Below, piece after piece: positions 1 to 10,035 of a stretch of DNA of 64,000 nt. The DNA is from an uncultured Planctomycetaceae bacterium. GTDB lineage: Bacteria; Planctomycetota; Planctomycetia; Pirellulales; PNKZ01. The stretch covers positions 19,453-83,452 of the forward strand of contig CAYLYE010000001.1 in NCBI GenBank assembly GCA_964387325.1, given 5' to 3'. A model generated the notes under the pieces. That model did not search any database and was not told the DNA's origin. It saw only the letters and a list, made by a program, of their open reading frames with translations. The first letter of the stretch is position 1. Each line of letters starts with the position of its first letter. A program made the position numbers and the translations under genes.

Positions 1-1
1 G

Positions 2-673
2 CCGCAACGCGACGATCAGAGCATGTACGACGTGCTGGTTGGCGAGTTGCCCCTGTCGGCCGTGCGCAAGCAGGTCAGCGAGCGGCTCTGGATCGTGGGA
101 TCGCACATCAATTTGGCCGCCGCCGAGGTCGAGTTGGCCGGCGTCGTCGGCCGCGAACTGATCTTGCGCGATCGGCTCAGCGAGGACGACAGCGAATTCG
201 ATTTCGTGCTGATCGACTGCCCACCGTCGCTCGGCGTGCTGACGATCAACGCCCTGACCGCGGTCGACGAGGTGTTCATCCCCTTGCAACCGCATTTTCT
301 CGCCCTGCACGGGCTCAGCAAGCTGCTCGAGACCATCGATCTGGTGGCGCGACGCTTGAACCCCAAGCTCCGTCTGAGCGGGGTCGTGATGTGCATGTAC
401 GACGGCGGTACGCGACTCGCGGCCGAGGTGTGTCGCGACGTCGAGCAGTTCTTCGAGCAATCGCGCTCGTCGCGTCCCACGTGGTCCAACGCCCAGGCGT
501 TCCACACCCGCATCCGCCGCAACATTCGCTTGGCCGAGGCGCCGAGCTTCGGACAGTCGATCTTCCAGTACGCGCCCGACTCGAACGGGGCGGAAGACTA
601 CCGCCGCTTGGCCAGCGAGATCAGCGCGCTACCTCAGGGCGAGGTTACGACCGGGGCGCGAGCAGCTTCTTGA
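2..673 (+). CDS. ParA/Soj-family partition ATPase, 5'-truncated by the window edge
   Basis: The frame is open from nt 2 (listed ORF 23..673). FDFVLIDCPPSLGVLTINAL and IRRNIRLAEAPSFGQSIFQYAP are typical of ParA/MinD deviant-Walker ATPases. The N-terminal KGGxGKT P-loop would lie off-window. Confidence 0.85.
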   Translation, partial: PQRDDQSMYDVLVGELPLSAVRKQVSERLWIVGSHINLAAAEVELAGVVGRELILRDRLSEDDSEFDFVLIDCPPSLGVLTINALTAVDEVFIPLQPHFLALHGLSKLLETIDLVARRLNPKLRLSGVVMCMYDGGTRLAAEVCRDVEQFFEQSRSSRPTWSNAQAFHTRIRRNIRLAEAPSFGQSIFQYAPDSNGAEDYRRLASEISALPQGEVTTGARAAS

Positions 674-956
674 GCCCCGCAGTGAATTCGCTTTCGATCT
701 TGCCCTTGGCCATCAACGCGGCGAAGGGCAGGTCGAGGTCGATGCGCACTTCACTCTCGGCCACGTGCATGACCCCCTTGATGCTCATGCCTAGCGTGCG
801 AAACGAGAAGTTCAAATCGTCGCCGGCCCACGATTGCTCGACGTCCTTGATCATGTCCTTGAACTTCTCTTGGACATGCGGCATGAACGTGTCGAGCAGT
901 TGCTTGGCTTGCTGCTGACCGAGCGGATTGGGGACCGCGAACGACGACTTGGGCAT
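645..956 (-). CDS. small protein, possibly polyhydroxyalkanoic-acid-system family
   Basis: 103-aa ORF with good coding character and no signal peptide. The family assignment is from memory of TIGR02610-like proteins only. Its 3' end overlaps the convergent parA-like gene by 29 nt. Confidence 0.5.
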   Translation of the reverse strand: MPKSSFAVPNPLGQQQAKQLLDTFMPHVQEKFKDMIKDVEQSWAGDDLNFSFRTLGMSIKGVMHVAESEVRIDLDLPFAALMAKGKIESEFTAGLKKLLAPRS

Positions 957-1032
957 GGCATGGTTCCTTCAATGGGTCAATATTTAGCCCCCGGCGATAG
1001 GACCGCAGGGCCGTACGCCGAGGGGAGAATAA

Positions 1033-1548
1033 TCAACGATGGGGCAACTGCTGAATGATCTCGTTGACAATATCATCGACATTTCGGTCATCGGTGTCGA
1101 CGGCGAAATGCGACACCGAGCGATAAAAGGGCTCGCGGAGGGCCAATAGCTGGCGCACCTCGTCTTCGCCCCCTTGGCGGGTCAGGTTGGGGCGTCGCTC
1201 GGCGGTCGACGCATCGCCGGCCAGACGTGAAAGAATCGTCTCGACGCGCGCGCGGAGCCACACGATCTGCCCAGCCTGTTTGAGTGCCTGCCGATTTTGC
1301 TCGCGCATCACGACCCCGCCGCCGGCCGCGATCACAAGTCGCTCTCGCTGCACCAGATCGGCGATCACCGCCGACTCCAGGTCCCGAAAGGTCGGCTCGC
1401 CACTGTCGCGAAAAATATCGGCGATCGATTGACCCGCCCGTGACTCGAGTTCGACATCGGCGTCGATCCACGACCAGCCCAAACGCTCCGCGAGCACCCG
1501 TGCCACGGTCGTCTTGCCTGTTCCGCGATAGCCGATGAGAACGATCAT
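1033..1548 (-). CDS. aroK: shikimate kinase
   Basis: 171 aa. It has an N-terminal P-loop (LIGYRGTGKTTVARVLAERLG) followed by DAD and GGG(V/A)V motifs typical of AroK. It lies directly downstream of the aroD-aroE fusion. Confidence 0.9.
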   Translation of the reverse strand: MIVLIGYRGTGKTTVARVLAERLGWSWIDADVELESRAGQSIADIFRDSGEPTFRDLESAVIADLVQRERLVIAAGGGVVMREQNRQALKQAGQIVWLRARVETILSRLAGDASTAERRPNLTRQGGEDEVRQLLALREPFYRSVSHFAVDTDDRNVDDIVNEIIQQLPHR

Positions 1549-1554
1549 GGGGAG

Positions 1555-1638
1555 TGATGAATGCGGGATGATGAATGATGAATGTATAGCATGGCGGTGT
1601 CTTTCTTCAATTCATCATTCATCATCCCGCATTCATCA
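1555..1638. repeat. perfect 29-bp inverted repeat (26-nt spacer) in the aroDE-aroK intercistronic gap
   Basis: The arm TGATGAATGCGGGATGATGAATGATGAAT (1555-1583) has its exact reverse complement at 1610-1638. Confidence 0.9.
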
Positions 1639-3108
1639 TTTGCCCAGAGATTTTCTCATGCGATCGGCTGAAATGTCGAAACCGGTGAACAGCCTGAACT
1701 GAGCGAGAGCCTGACGGATGAACATCTCGATGCCGGTCACGGTGACGCAGCTCGCGTCGCGCGCATCGGCGAGCAAGCGTGTGATCTCGGGCGTGTAGAC
1801 GGTGTCGAACACAACGGTGCCCGAGGTCAAGGCCGCGGCGTCATAGGGCGTGGCGTCGATGTGCGGCTCCATGCCGAGCGGCGTGCAGTTGACGATCACC
1901 TGCGGGCGGATCGTGTGTCGCGCGTCCCAATCGAGCACCGCCGCGCCGAACTGCGTGGCCACTTCAGCGGCCCGATCGTGTGTCCGGCTGGCGATGTGGA
2001 CTTCGGCCCCACAACGTCGCAGTCCGTACACGATCGCTTTGGCCGCGCCTCCGGCCCCCAACACAAGGGCCCGGCAATCATTGAGCACGGGGAGCGTGTT
2101 GGCCGTGCGTCCCAAGCCGATCGCGATGGCGTCGATGGCCGCGCGCCAGTCGGTGTTGTAGCCGAGCGTTTGTTCGCCGTTGAACACCAGCGTGTTGCAC
2201 GCGCCAATCTGTCGCACATCGTCGTCGACGTGCGTGAGCGCCGAGAGCACGCCCTCTTTGTGTGGAATCGTGACACTCAGGCCGCGCAAACCGATCTCTC
2301 GGGCGTCGTCGAGAAAGGTTGGCAAATCGCTCGGGGGAACGCGGAACGGGACGTACACACCTGACCATCCGCCCTCACGCAGCGCGGTATTATGCACCAG
2401 CGGACTCTTGCTGTGTCCGATCGGATCGCCGATCACTCCGTACACCGGTGTCTCACGGGTCATCTGTTCGTAGCGATACACATCGAGCATCGCGCGGAAG
2501 CTGATCTGCCCGGGGGCGAGCGGCGCACCGGTCTCGAGTGCCGCGTAGGTGAATGGCGCGCCGCAGCGTGCGCTCAGAATGCGCGACGGTGTGCCGAGTT
2601 CGCCCATGCACAGACCGACGGTCGGAACCTGCGACTGACGCATGACCCGCAGCATCCGCGTGACATCGTGCGTCGAGCGGGCCATCGTGGCGAGCTTGAC
2701 CGCTTCAGCTCCGAGTGAGGCGAGCTGAGCGTGTCGCTGTTCGAGATCGACCGGCGTCTGTTGAAAATCGTGGATGCTGACGATCCGTCGCGTGGAACTG
2801 GTCCGGGGCACATCGGCGATCACGTCAGGCTCGACATCCACGTACTCGACCCCGGCGGCAATAGCCGCGCGGAGCATCTCGCGCCGCGTGCTCTCCTCGC
2901 CACGCCACACGCCTCCGTCGGGCTCGCGTCGCACGGTGAACACGACCGGTCCCGGCCGCTGGGCGAGCAGCGTCGGAACATCGACCGACTCTTGCAAATG
3001 ATCTATCCGCCACTCGACGAGCGAAACGCCAGCCTCGACCAACCGGCGATGCTCGGCCAGCAGCGAGGCCGCCTGAGCGAATCCGAGCGTTACACAAACC
3101 TGAGCCAT
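1636..3108 (-). CDS. aroDE: bifunctional 3-dehydroquinate dehydratase (type I) / shikimate 5-dehydrogenase
   Basis: 490 aa. The N-terminal ~220 aa look like type I DHQase (WRIDHL..., VKLATMA with the Schiff-base Lys context). The C-terminal ~270 aa look like AroE (GVIGDPIGHSKSP, SVTIPHK, NTD, LGAGGAAKA Rossmann motif). Confidence 0.85.
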   Translation of the reverse strand: MAQVCVTLGFAQAASLLAEHRRLVEAGVSLVEWRIDHLQESVDVPTLLAQRPGPVVFTVRREPDGGVWRGEESTRREMLRAAIAAGVEYVDVEPDVIADVPRTSSTRRIVSIHDFQQTPVDLEQRHAQLASLGAEAVKLATMARSTHDVTRMLRVMRQSQVPTVGLCMGELGTPSRILSARCGAPFTYAALETGAPLAPGQISFRAMLDVYRYEQMTRETPVYGVIGDPIGHSKSPLVHNTALREGGWSGVYVPFRVPPSDLPTFLDDAREIGLRGLSVTIPHKEGVLSALTHVDDDVRQIGACNTLVFNGEQTLGYNTDWRAAIDAIAIGLGRTANTLPVLNDCRALVLGAGGAAKAIVYGLRRCGAEVHIASRTHDRAAEVATQFGAAVLDWDARHTIRPQVIVNCTPLGMEPHIDATPYDAAALTSGTVVFDTVYTPEITRLLADARDASCVTVTGIEMFIRQALAQFRLFTGFDISADRMRKSLGK

Positions 3109-3131
3109 GCGAGGGGGACCTGATCGAAAAA

Positions 3132-4991
3132 CTAAATGCGCTTAAATTGTCGATCGAGCTCTTCACGCGTGAAGACCAAAGCCGTCGGGCGACCGTGAGG
3201 GCAGTGATGCGTGTCTTGCGCCAAGTGCCGTTGTTCGAGCAGGGCGTCGATCTCGTCGCTCGTGAGCGGATCGCCCGCCTTGATCGCCGCCTTGCATGAG
3301 ATCATGTGCAGCAATTCATCGAGCAGGTCGCGTCGGTCGGGCTGTTTACCCCCGGCACTCATCTGATCGACCAAGGCTCGCAAGATATCGCCGGGTCGTT
3401 GCTTGTGCAGCATCGCAGGGTAGCCGCGAATGAGCACCGTGTCGCCCCCGAACGGTTCGACCTTGAGCCCGAGGCGTTCGAGTACCTCGCGCTGTTCGAC
3501 GACCAGCGCGACCTCGGCCGCGGCCAGATCGACTGGCTCGGGCACGAGCAGCGCCTGCGACTCGAGCGCCCCGGCGAGCACCTTCTCGCGAATCTGTTCG
3601 TACAAGACCCGTTCGTGCAGTGCGTGCTGATCGATGACCACGAGCCCCTCGGCGCTCTCGGCAATCAAATACCGCTGGTGGAATTGCAGGGCGCGGGCCG
3701 GTGTGCTCGCCGACGACAGGGCCTCGGTCGGGCTCATGGGACGCGCCGGTGGTTCGATCCGATTCACGGTCAGCGGCGCGCGCGTCGTCACCGGTGGCGC
3801 GAAGCTCAAGGGGGCCGGCCGAGCAGCGCTCGCCTCGACCGTCACGTTCTCGCGCGCACTCACCTCGCCCGGCTGAGACCAAGTCGCCATCTGTGATTGG
3901 GCCCACTGCACCAATTCCTGCCGCCGCTGCTGGGCCAACTGGGGGTCGACCGTCGGCGCGGCCTCACCGCGCGGCGCGACGGGTTCCAACCGATGCGTTA
4001 AATCGGTCGAAAGAAATTTTGTCCGCAGCGTGCCTAGTAGCTGACTGTAGAGCCGCGAGCCGTCTTGAAATCGGACCTCCAGTTTGGTCGGGTGGACATT
4101 CACGTCGACCATGTCGGCCGGCATTTCAAAGTGCAAAAACCCAATCGGATACCGGCCGGTCAACAGCAGCCCGCGATACGCTTCTTGCAGCGCGTGTTGC
4201 AACGAACGATCGCGTATGAACCGGCCGTTGAGGAACAGGTACTGCATGCGTGGATGCGAACGGCTTTGGTTCGGTCGGGCCACATAGCCATAGAGCCGCA
4301 CCTGATCGTCGCGGCTCTCAACCTCGATCAGATCGTCGAGCAGATCTTGGCCAAAGAACAGCCCGATGCGCTCCAGCGACGAGTTGTTCGGCGGCAGTTC
4401 ATAGACCGACCGCTCGTTGTGCCGAAGCGTGAAATGGACGTGCGGATAGGCAAGCGCGAGCCGCGTGAAAGCCTCGCTGATGTGTCCCATCTCGGTCTGC
4501 GTGGCCTTGAGGAACTTGCGTCTCACTGGCGTATTGAAGAACAGGTTGCGAACCTCGATCGTCGTACCGACCGGTCCGCTACACGGCATGACGGGCCCCA
4601 TCGAGCCAGCGACCATTTCGAACTCGGCGCCCGCGTCGTGCTCGGCGGTCCGGCTCCGCAAGGTGAACCGGCTCACCTCGGAGATCGACGCCAGGGCTTC
4701 GCCGCGAAAGCCCATCGTGTGGACGCGGAACAAATCGTCGGCGGTGCTCAACTTGCTCGTGGCATGGCTGGCCACGGCGAGCGGCAGTTGGTCGGCCTCG
4801 ATGCCGCAACCGTTGTCGACGATCCGGATCAGCTCGATCCCCCCTTGCTCGATCGAGACGTCGACGCGGGTCGCGCCGGCGTCGAGCGAGTTCTCGACAA
4901 GCTCCTTGACCACGCTCGCGGGCCGCTCGATCACCTCGCCGGCGGCGATTTTGTTGATCACGCTCGGCGATAGTTGGACGATACGCGGCAT
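3132..4991 (-). CDS. mutL: DNA mismatch repair protein MutL
   Basis: 619 aa. The N-terminal GHKL ATPase motifs are present (INKIAAGEVIERPASVVKELVENSLDAGA, DNGCGI, GFRGEAL). The C-terminal dimerisation and endonuclease-type region is present (DQHALHERVLYE, CPHGRP). Confidence 0.95.
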   Translation of the reverse strand: MPRIVQLSPSVINKIAAGEVIERPASVVKELVENSLDAGATRVDVSIEQGGIELIRIVDNGCGIEADQLPLAVASHATSKLSTADDLFRVHTMGFRGEALASISEVSRFTLRSRTAEHDAGAEFEMVAGSMGPVMPCSGPVGTTIEVRNLFFNTPVRRKFLKATQTEMGHISEAFTRLALAYPHVHFTLRHNERSVYELPPNNSSLERIGLFFGQDLLDDLIEVESRDDQVRLYGYVARPNQSRSHPRMQYLFLNGRFIRDRSLQHALQEAYRGLLLTGRYPIGFLHFEMPADMVDVNVHPTKLEVRFQDGSRLYSQLLGTLRTKFLSTDLTHRLEPVAPRGEAAPTVDPQLAQQRRQELVQWAQSQMATWSQPGEVSARENVTVEASAARPAPLSFAPPVTTRAPLTVNRIEPPARPMSPTEALSSASTPARALQFHQRYLIAESAEGLVVIDQHALHERVLYEQIREKVLAGALESQALLVPEPVDLAAAEVALVVEQREVLERLGLKVEPFGGDTVLIRGYPAMLHKQRPGDILRALVDQMSAGGKQPDRRDLLDELLHMISCKAAIKAGDPLTSDEIDALLEQRHLAQDTHHCPHGRPTALVFTREELDRQFKRI

Positions 4992-5002
4992 GAGGGAAAC
5001 AT

Positions 5003-5085
5003 GTTCTCGGTTTTCAGTTTTCGGCTTTCAGTTGAAAAATTTGACCCCATTCTCAACTGAAAACGGAGAACCGAAAACCGAAAAC
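5003..5085. repeat. dispersed 'GTTCTCGGTTTTC(A/G)GTTTTCGG' palindromic element, paired copies
   Basis: The left arm (5003-5035) is gttctcggttttcagttttcggctttcagttga. The right arm (5053-5085) is its imperfect reverse complement. The element lies between the NtrC-type gene stop and the mutL start. Confidence 0.8.
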
Positions 5086-5090
5086 TAATT

Positions 5091-6491
5091 TTACAACTCG
5101 TACTCTTTAATCTTGCGATACAACGTTCGCTCGCCGATGCCGAGCATCGTGGCGGCCTCTTCGCGATTGCCGCCACACATGCGAAGCGTCTCGGCAATGA
5201 CCTGCTTCTCGATTTCCGTGAGCGACTTGCCAACCAGCGCGCCGAGCGTCCCCTCGCCCGTGCCACTCTCGCTGGCCGAGGGAGTAGCCAGCTCCATCGG
5301 CAAATCGTCCAGGTCGAGCACGCCGTCGTAATCGACGACCACCATGCTCTCGACGACGTTGCGCAACTGCCGTACGTTGCCCGGCCAGTCGAACGCCAAC
5401 AATCGCCGTCGCGCCGCGGCCGACATGCTCCGCACCTGCTTGTCGTGCCGCTTGGCCGAGAGCTTGATGAAGTAATCGATCAGCAGCGGGATATCCTGCG
5501 ACCGCTCGACCAACCGCGGTAGCGCGATCGTGACGACCTTGAGTCGATGGTACAAATCGCTGCGAAAGGTCCCCCCGGCGATCTGCTGCTCTAAGTTGCG
5601 GTTAGTTGCCGAGACGATCCGGACATTCACGCGGATCGGTTCGTTCGAGCCGACGCGGGTGATCTCGCCGCTCTCGAGCACGCGCAGCAACTTGATCTGT
5701 GTGGGCATGGGCATATCGCCCACCTCGTCGAGGAACAGCGTGCCGCCGTGGGCATACTCGAACTTGCCGATACGGTCGTTGCGGGCGTCGGTGAATGCGC
5801 CGGCGACATGCCCGAAGAGTTCGCTCTCTAAGATGTTCTCGCTCAACGCCGCGCAGTTGAGCGCGACAAACGGCTTGGCTTTGCGCGGGCTGTTTTGGTG
5901 GATGGCCTGGGCAACAAGCTCTTTGCCGGTGCCGGTCTCCCCTTGAATGAGCACCGTGGCGTTCGTAGGAGCGATCCGCTTGAGGAGCGAGATCAACTCG
6001 ATCATCTTGGAGCTGGTACCGACGACCCCCTCGAAGCCGAAGCGTTCATCGAGTCGTCGGTTCAACTCGGCGTTTTGCAAGCGTAACTGCACATTCAGGG
6101 CGGCTTTCTCGACCACCGCGCGGAGCTGCTTCAGATCGAGTGGCTTGAGCAGGTAGTTGAACGCCCCTTGCTGCATGGCCTGCACGGCCGAGGGGACCGA
6201 GCCGTGACCGGTGACCAGAATCACCTCGGCCTCGGGAAGTTCTTGCTTGGCGCGGGCGAGGATCTGCAGGCCGTCGACATCGTTCATCATCAGGTCGCTG
6301 ATGATGACGTCGAACTCGTCCTGCTCGATCCGTTTGGCCCCTTCGCTGCCGCTCGTGGCGACGGTGCAACGATAGCCGACCCGTTCGAGGGTTTCCGACA
6401 CGGCTTGGGCGTGAGGCGCGTCGTTATCGACGATCAGCACGCGCGTATGGGGCGCGGGGGACTCGGCGGCGGGTGACTTGGTGTCCGACAT
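5091..6491 (-). CDS. sigma-54-dependent response regulator (NtrC family: REC + AAA+ + Fis-type HTH)
   Basis: 466 aa. The receiver domain has VLIVDND...DLMMNDVDG. The AAA+ domain has GETGTGKE Walker A, the [15 protein letters not shown] (GAFTGA-like) loop and LFLDEVG Walker B. The C-terminal HTH reads [16 protein letters not shown]. Confidence 0.9.
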   Translation of the reverse strand: MSDTKSPAAESPAPHTRVLIVDNDAPHAQAVSETLERVGYRCTVATSGSEGAKRIEQDEFDVIISDLMMNDVDGLQILARAKQELPEAEVILVTGHGSVPSAVQAMQQGAFNYLLKPLDLKQLRAVVEKAALNVQLRLQNAELNRRLDERFGFEGVVGTSSKMIELISLLKRIAPTNATVLIQGETGTGKELVAQAIHQNSPRKAKPFVALNCAALSENILESELFGHVAGAFTDARNDRIGKFEYAHGGTLFLDEVGDMPMPTQIKLLRVLESGEITRVGSNEPIRVNVRIVSATNRNLEQQIAGGTFRSDLYHRLKVVTIALPRLVERSQDIPLLIDYFIKLSAKRHDKQVRSMSAAARRRLLAFDWPGNVRQLRNVVESMVVVDYDGVLDLDDLPMELATPSASESGTGEGTLGALVGKSLTEIEKQVIAETLRMCGGNREEAATMLGIGERTLYRKIKEYEL

Positions 6492-6565
6492 GAGGTCGAT
6501 GATATCGCTCGGGGCACCGTCAGAACAGGGGTTGAGGCCTCGACCTATGATCCGAATCGCCTCAA

Positions 6566-8044
6566 CTACGGTTGCGGTTCGGGAGCGGGTTTCTCGGTCG
6601 ACTTGCGGAACCGATCGAGCAATTTGCCCAGCGGCTTCTGGGGCGTCTCGGCCGAGTTACCGGCTGCGTCGCGGGCGGCCTGCCGCTGTCTGCGTAGTTC
6701 GACGAGGGCCTTGGCCGCGTCGCCGATAATTGCCCCGACGTCGACTTGCGGCGCGTTGGGTTCAACGGGATTAGCGACAGGCAGGGTCGGCTGAGTCAAC
6801 TTCTGCAGCAGGTTCTGTAGCAACTGTGGCGCGACTGCCTCGGGTTTGTCCTGTGTCCAATTTTGCAAAACCGACTGCACGAGATTGATCGCGTCGGTTC
6901 CGAGGGCCTTGTCGTCAATCAGGGGCTTCTCAAATGTGCCGGTGATCGGCAAGCGAATCCCCTGCTCGCTGAGGGCCTGCAACACCGGTCGACCGGCCAG
7001 TTGGTTGGCGTCGGCACGAATAAAAATCCGGGCGATCAGATCGAGCGTGTCGTCAAAGCCGATATTGCCACTGGTCTCCATGCGGACCGGTCCGAGCCCA
7101 AACTGAAAGTTCTGGTGATAGATTCGTTGCTGATGCATCTGAAACGGAATGACCGTCTCATGGGCCAACTCGGCTCGCCAATCACCGTTGAGATTAAATC
7201 GCTGCACAACGGATTTAATCGTGGGCCCAGCCGCAAACTGCACGGTGTGCAGTGTCAGCACGCCGCTGAGGTCCCCCAGCTGCATTGCGCCGAGCGGCAG
7301 CTTGGCGTCTGCGATCGAAAGTGAGAACGTACCTTGAGGGCGGGTGACATCGACCATCGGCCAAGCGATATAACGCAACACATCGTGACAAATCGCTTCG
7401 GTCAGTTCGAGTCGATCGAAGAGCACCGTCGGCGGCAGTTGCAACTCGGGGCGACCGTGCGTGGTCTGGTGAGCGGGGACAATCCGGGCATGGATATCGA
7501 TCGGGTTCAATCGCCAGCGTTCGCCGTTCGACCCCAGTTGCCAGATGATATGTGCGGCGTTGATGTTCAATCGAGCCCCGGCGGTCACGAACAGTCCTTT
7601 GGGTTGCTCGGGCTTGCCGGAGCGATCGGTCGACGGTGGCGGCGGGGGGAAGGATTGGCTGAGGTTGGTTCGTCCCCGATCGGCGATGATGAACAGCTCA
7701 AGCCCGTCGACGTCGATCGCGCCGAGATCTTCGCTCGGAAACAGAATTTGCTTGAGCGAGGCGTCAAAGTGCAAACGGGCGATGTTCAGCACCGGCTCGC
7801 CGGCCGGGTTGATGATTTTCAGCCCCGTGATTTCGGTGGGGGTCGTCCAGCCAAAGTTACCGCTCTCGACGAGCACGGTCCCCTCGACCTTGCCGAGGAT
7901 ACGTCGCATGAGCCAGCCGAGCAGCGGTTGGTGCGAGAAGAGGGTCGGCGCGGCAACGATCAGCCCGACGGCCAGCAGCCCCGCCATGAGCAGGTAGCCC
8001 GCCCAGGAGCGTCGTCGCGGAGTCCGTATCGTTTCGGTCATCAC
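6566..8044 (-). CDS. hypothetical membrane-anchored protein
   Basis: 492 aa. It has one N-terminal TM helix ([23 protein letters not shown]), a long beta-rich body and a charged C-terminal tail. It is co-directional with and immediately upstream of the NtrC-type regulator. I did not confidently recognise a family (possibly AsmA-like). Confidence 0.6.
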   Translation of the reverse strand: MMTETIRTPRRRSWAGYLLMAGLLAVGLIVAAPTLFSHQPLLGWLMRRILGKVEGTVLVESGNFGWTTPTEITGLKIINPAGEPVLNIARLHFDASLKQILFPSEDLGAIDVDGLELFIIADRGRTNLSQSFPPPPPSTDRSGKPEQPKGLFVTAGARLNINAAHIIWQLGSNGERWRLNPIDIHARIVPAHQTTHGRPELQLPPTVLFDRLELTEAICHDVLRYIAWPMVDVTRPQGTFSLSIADAKLPLGAMQLGDLSGVLTLHTVQFAAGPTIKSVVQRFNLNGDWRAELAHETVIPFQMHQQRIYHQNFQFGLGPVRMETSGNIGFDDTLDLIARIFIRADANQLAGRPVLQALSEQGIRLPITGTFEKPLIDDKALGTDAINLVQSVLQNWTQDKPEAVAPQLLQNLLQKLTQPTLPVANPVEPNAPQVDVGAIIGDAAKALVELRRQRQAARDAAGNSAETPQKPLGKLLDRFRKSTEKPAPEPQP

Positions 8045-8249
8045 TCTGTCCTCGGTGTGTTGTCTGCTTCAAGTGTCGAGAGCGCCCCCGGCCGGGTCAA
8101 GCGTGGCGGGGTCCAATCAGGAGGAATTCGGCATGTTTCTGGAGCATGATAGCACTCACCGCGCTACGGTGTTGCTTCCAACAATAGCTTGGCGGTAAGC
8201 TACGGCATCTTAAATGGACAGCAAACCGCGAATCACAGGATGAGTCGCG

Positions 8250-9098
8250 GTGGTGAGCATCCGCGAGTTGGTGTTGGCAGTCAACGCTGGCAGTGGTTCG
8301 TGGTCCGCTCGGTTCAAGGCCCTTAGCGCTGGAGTCAACGGAGTGTTTGTCGCCGCCTCGACGGATTGTTTTCCTCAACTGTCTCTGACCGAAGCTTTGC
8401 AGCGGATGGTCGACCTGGAGTACTCCCGAGCCGAGATCGGGCTGCACGAAGGGAGCTCTCAGCTCAAACCTTCGCAGGTACACGCTGACGTGGAAGAGGC
8501 GGTGAAGCTCTGCAAAGGGACCCATCGCCTGACGATCGTCTCGTTCAACATCGAGCTGGACGGTCCTGAGCCAGAAACGTATGCCCAGTTCGCCAGCTGT
8601 TGCAAGCTGGCCAAGGCGCTCAAGGTGGTGCAGATCACGGTCCGTGCCAGCGAGTTGGGCACACCGTTCAACGGCGAGATCGAACGCCTCCGCGAGCTGG
8701 TGCGCATCGCCACGCTCGAAGGAGTTGTGGTGGGCGTTAAGACCGAGGCCGGCCGCATGACCCAGGACCCGTCGACCGCGGCGGTCTTTTGTGACAACGT
8801 CAAGGGGCTGGCCATCACGCTCGACCCGAGCCATTACACGTTCGGTCCCATGGCCGGCGTAAACTATGACAACTTGTTTCGCTATACCTCGCATGTGCAA
8901 CTGCGCGACTCGAACCGTCACAAGCTGCAAACCAAGGTGGGCCAAGGCGAAATCGAATACGGTCGCATCGTCAGCCAGTTGACCAAGTTCAAGTACAAGA
9001 ACGCGCTGTGCGTCAACATCATCGATCAGAACGATCCTGATATCGACCACCAAGGCGAGATGCGCAAAATTCGTTTGTTGCTCGAGAGTCTACTGTGA
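8250..9098 (+). CDS. sugar phosphate isomerase/epimerase (xylose-isomerase-like TIM barrel) family protein
   Basis: 282 aa with the pattern typical of AP-endonuclease-2/xylose-isomerase-like TIM barrels. The stop overlaps the next gene's GTG (GTGA), which suggests an operon. The true start may be an internal GTG near 8343. Confidence 0.65.
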   Translation: MVSIRELVLAVNAGSGSWSARFKALSAGVNGVFVAASTDCFPQLSLTEALQRMVDLEYSRAEIGLHEGSSQLKPSQVHADVEEAVKLCKGTHRLTIVSFNIELDGPEPETYAQFASCCKLAKALKVVQITVRASELGTPFNGEIERLRELVRIATLEGVVVGVKTEAGRMTQDPSTAAVFCDNVKGLAITLDPSHYTFGPMAGVNYDNLFRYTSHVQLRDSNRHKLQTKVGQGEIEYGRIVSQLTKFKYKNALCVNIIDQNDPDIDHQGEMRKIRLLLESLL

Positions 9099-9883
9099 AC
9101 CCGAACGTTTCGTTGCAAGGCAAAGTCGCGCTCGTCACCGGATCGGGACGCGGCATCGGACGAGGGTGCGCTATTGAGTTGGCGCGGGCCGGCGCCGATG
9201 TCGTGATCAACGATCGCCCAGACAGCCCGGACTTGGCCGAGACGCGCCAGGAAATTGTCGCCCTAGGGCGCAAGTGTACCGCGATCGGCGGCGACATTTT
9301 TTCGCGGGCGGGTTGCGAACGGCTGCTGCACGAGACGCTCGCGGCCCACGGACAACTGAACATCTTGGTGAGCAACCCGGCCTACAGCCAGCGAGGCGAG
9401 TTTCTCACGTATGACCCGATCGCGTTCGAGAAGACCCTGCAAGGGACGTTGATCGCCGGGTTCCACATGAGCCAACTGGCGGCGCAGCAGATGGTCAAGC
9501 AAGGCGTCGGCGGCAAAATGGTATTCATTTCGAGCGTGCATGCCGAAATGCCCTACGCACGCAGCTGCGCCTACAATGCGGCCAAGGCGGGTCTCAATCA
9601 TCTCATGCGAACGATCGCGACCGAGTTGACCGCGCATCGCATCAACGTGAACGCCATCGAGCCCGGCTGGATCGACACTCCTGGCGAGCGGATCACGTTT
9701 GGCGAAGCGAAGATGAAAGAGATCAGTCCAACGTTGCCTTGGGGCCGCCTGGGAACGATTCACGACATTGGTCACGCGGCTGCGTTTCTGTGCAGCGACG
9801 CGGCCGACTACGTGACCGGCAGCATCCTGCGTGTCGACGGCGGCTTTGTGCTGAAAGACTGTCGTGCGTCGAGCAATTGCTAG
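9095..9883 (+). CDS. SDR-family oxidoreductase (3-oxoacyl-ACP-reductase-like)
   Basis: 262 aa. It has the TGSGRGIG dinucleotide-binding motif, NPA, and the catalytic S...YxxxK (SSV...YNAAKAG). It is translationally coupled to the upstream isomerase-like gene. Confidence 0.85.
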   Translation: MNPNVSLQGKVALVTGSGRGIGRGCAIELARAGADVVINDRPDSPDLAETRQEIVALGRKCTAIGGDIFSRAGCERLLHETLAAHGQLNILVSNPAYSQRGEFLTYDPIAFEKTLQGTLIAGFHMSQLAAQQMVKQGVGGKMVFISSVHAEMPYARSCAYNAAKAGLNHLMRTIATELTAHRINVNAIEPGWIDTPGERITFGEAKMKEISPTLPWGRLGTIHDIGHAAAFLCSDAADYVTGSILRVDGGFVLKDCRASSNC

Positions 9884-10035
9884 CCGCGGTTTGTCCTTGA
9901 TTCGGCGAGGAATCGTGATTTTCTTGCCCGCAGTTGGTTCAGTCGCTCTAATGGATTGCGTCAAAGTGTCGCACCGCGGTGGGGCGTAGTGCCCCCGACT
10001 GCTTATTTCACCGGAACCGTTCGGAGCATCGCATT

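Noticed and set aside
8097-9053. 318-aa minus-strand ORF
   Set aside because: It is antisense to the xylose-isomerase-like TIM-barrel gene (8250..9098), which has a credible protein pattern and is translationally coupled to the SDR gene.
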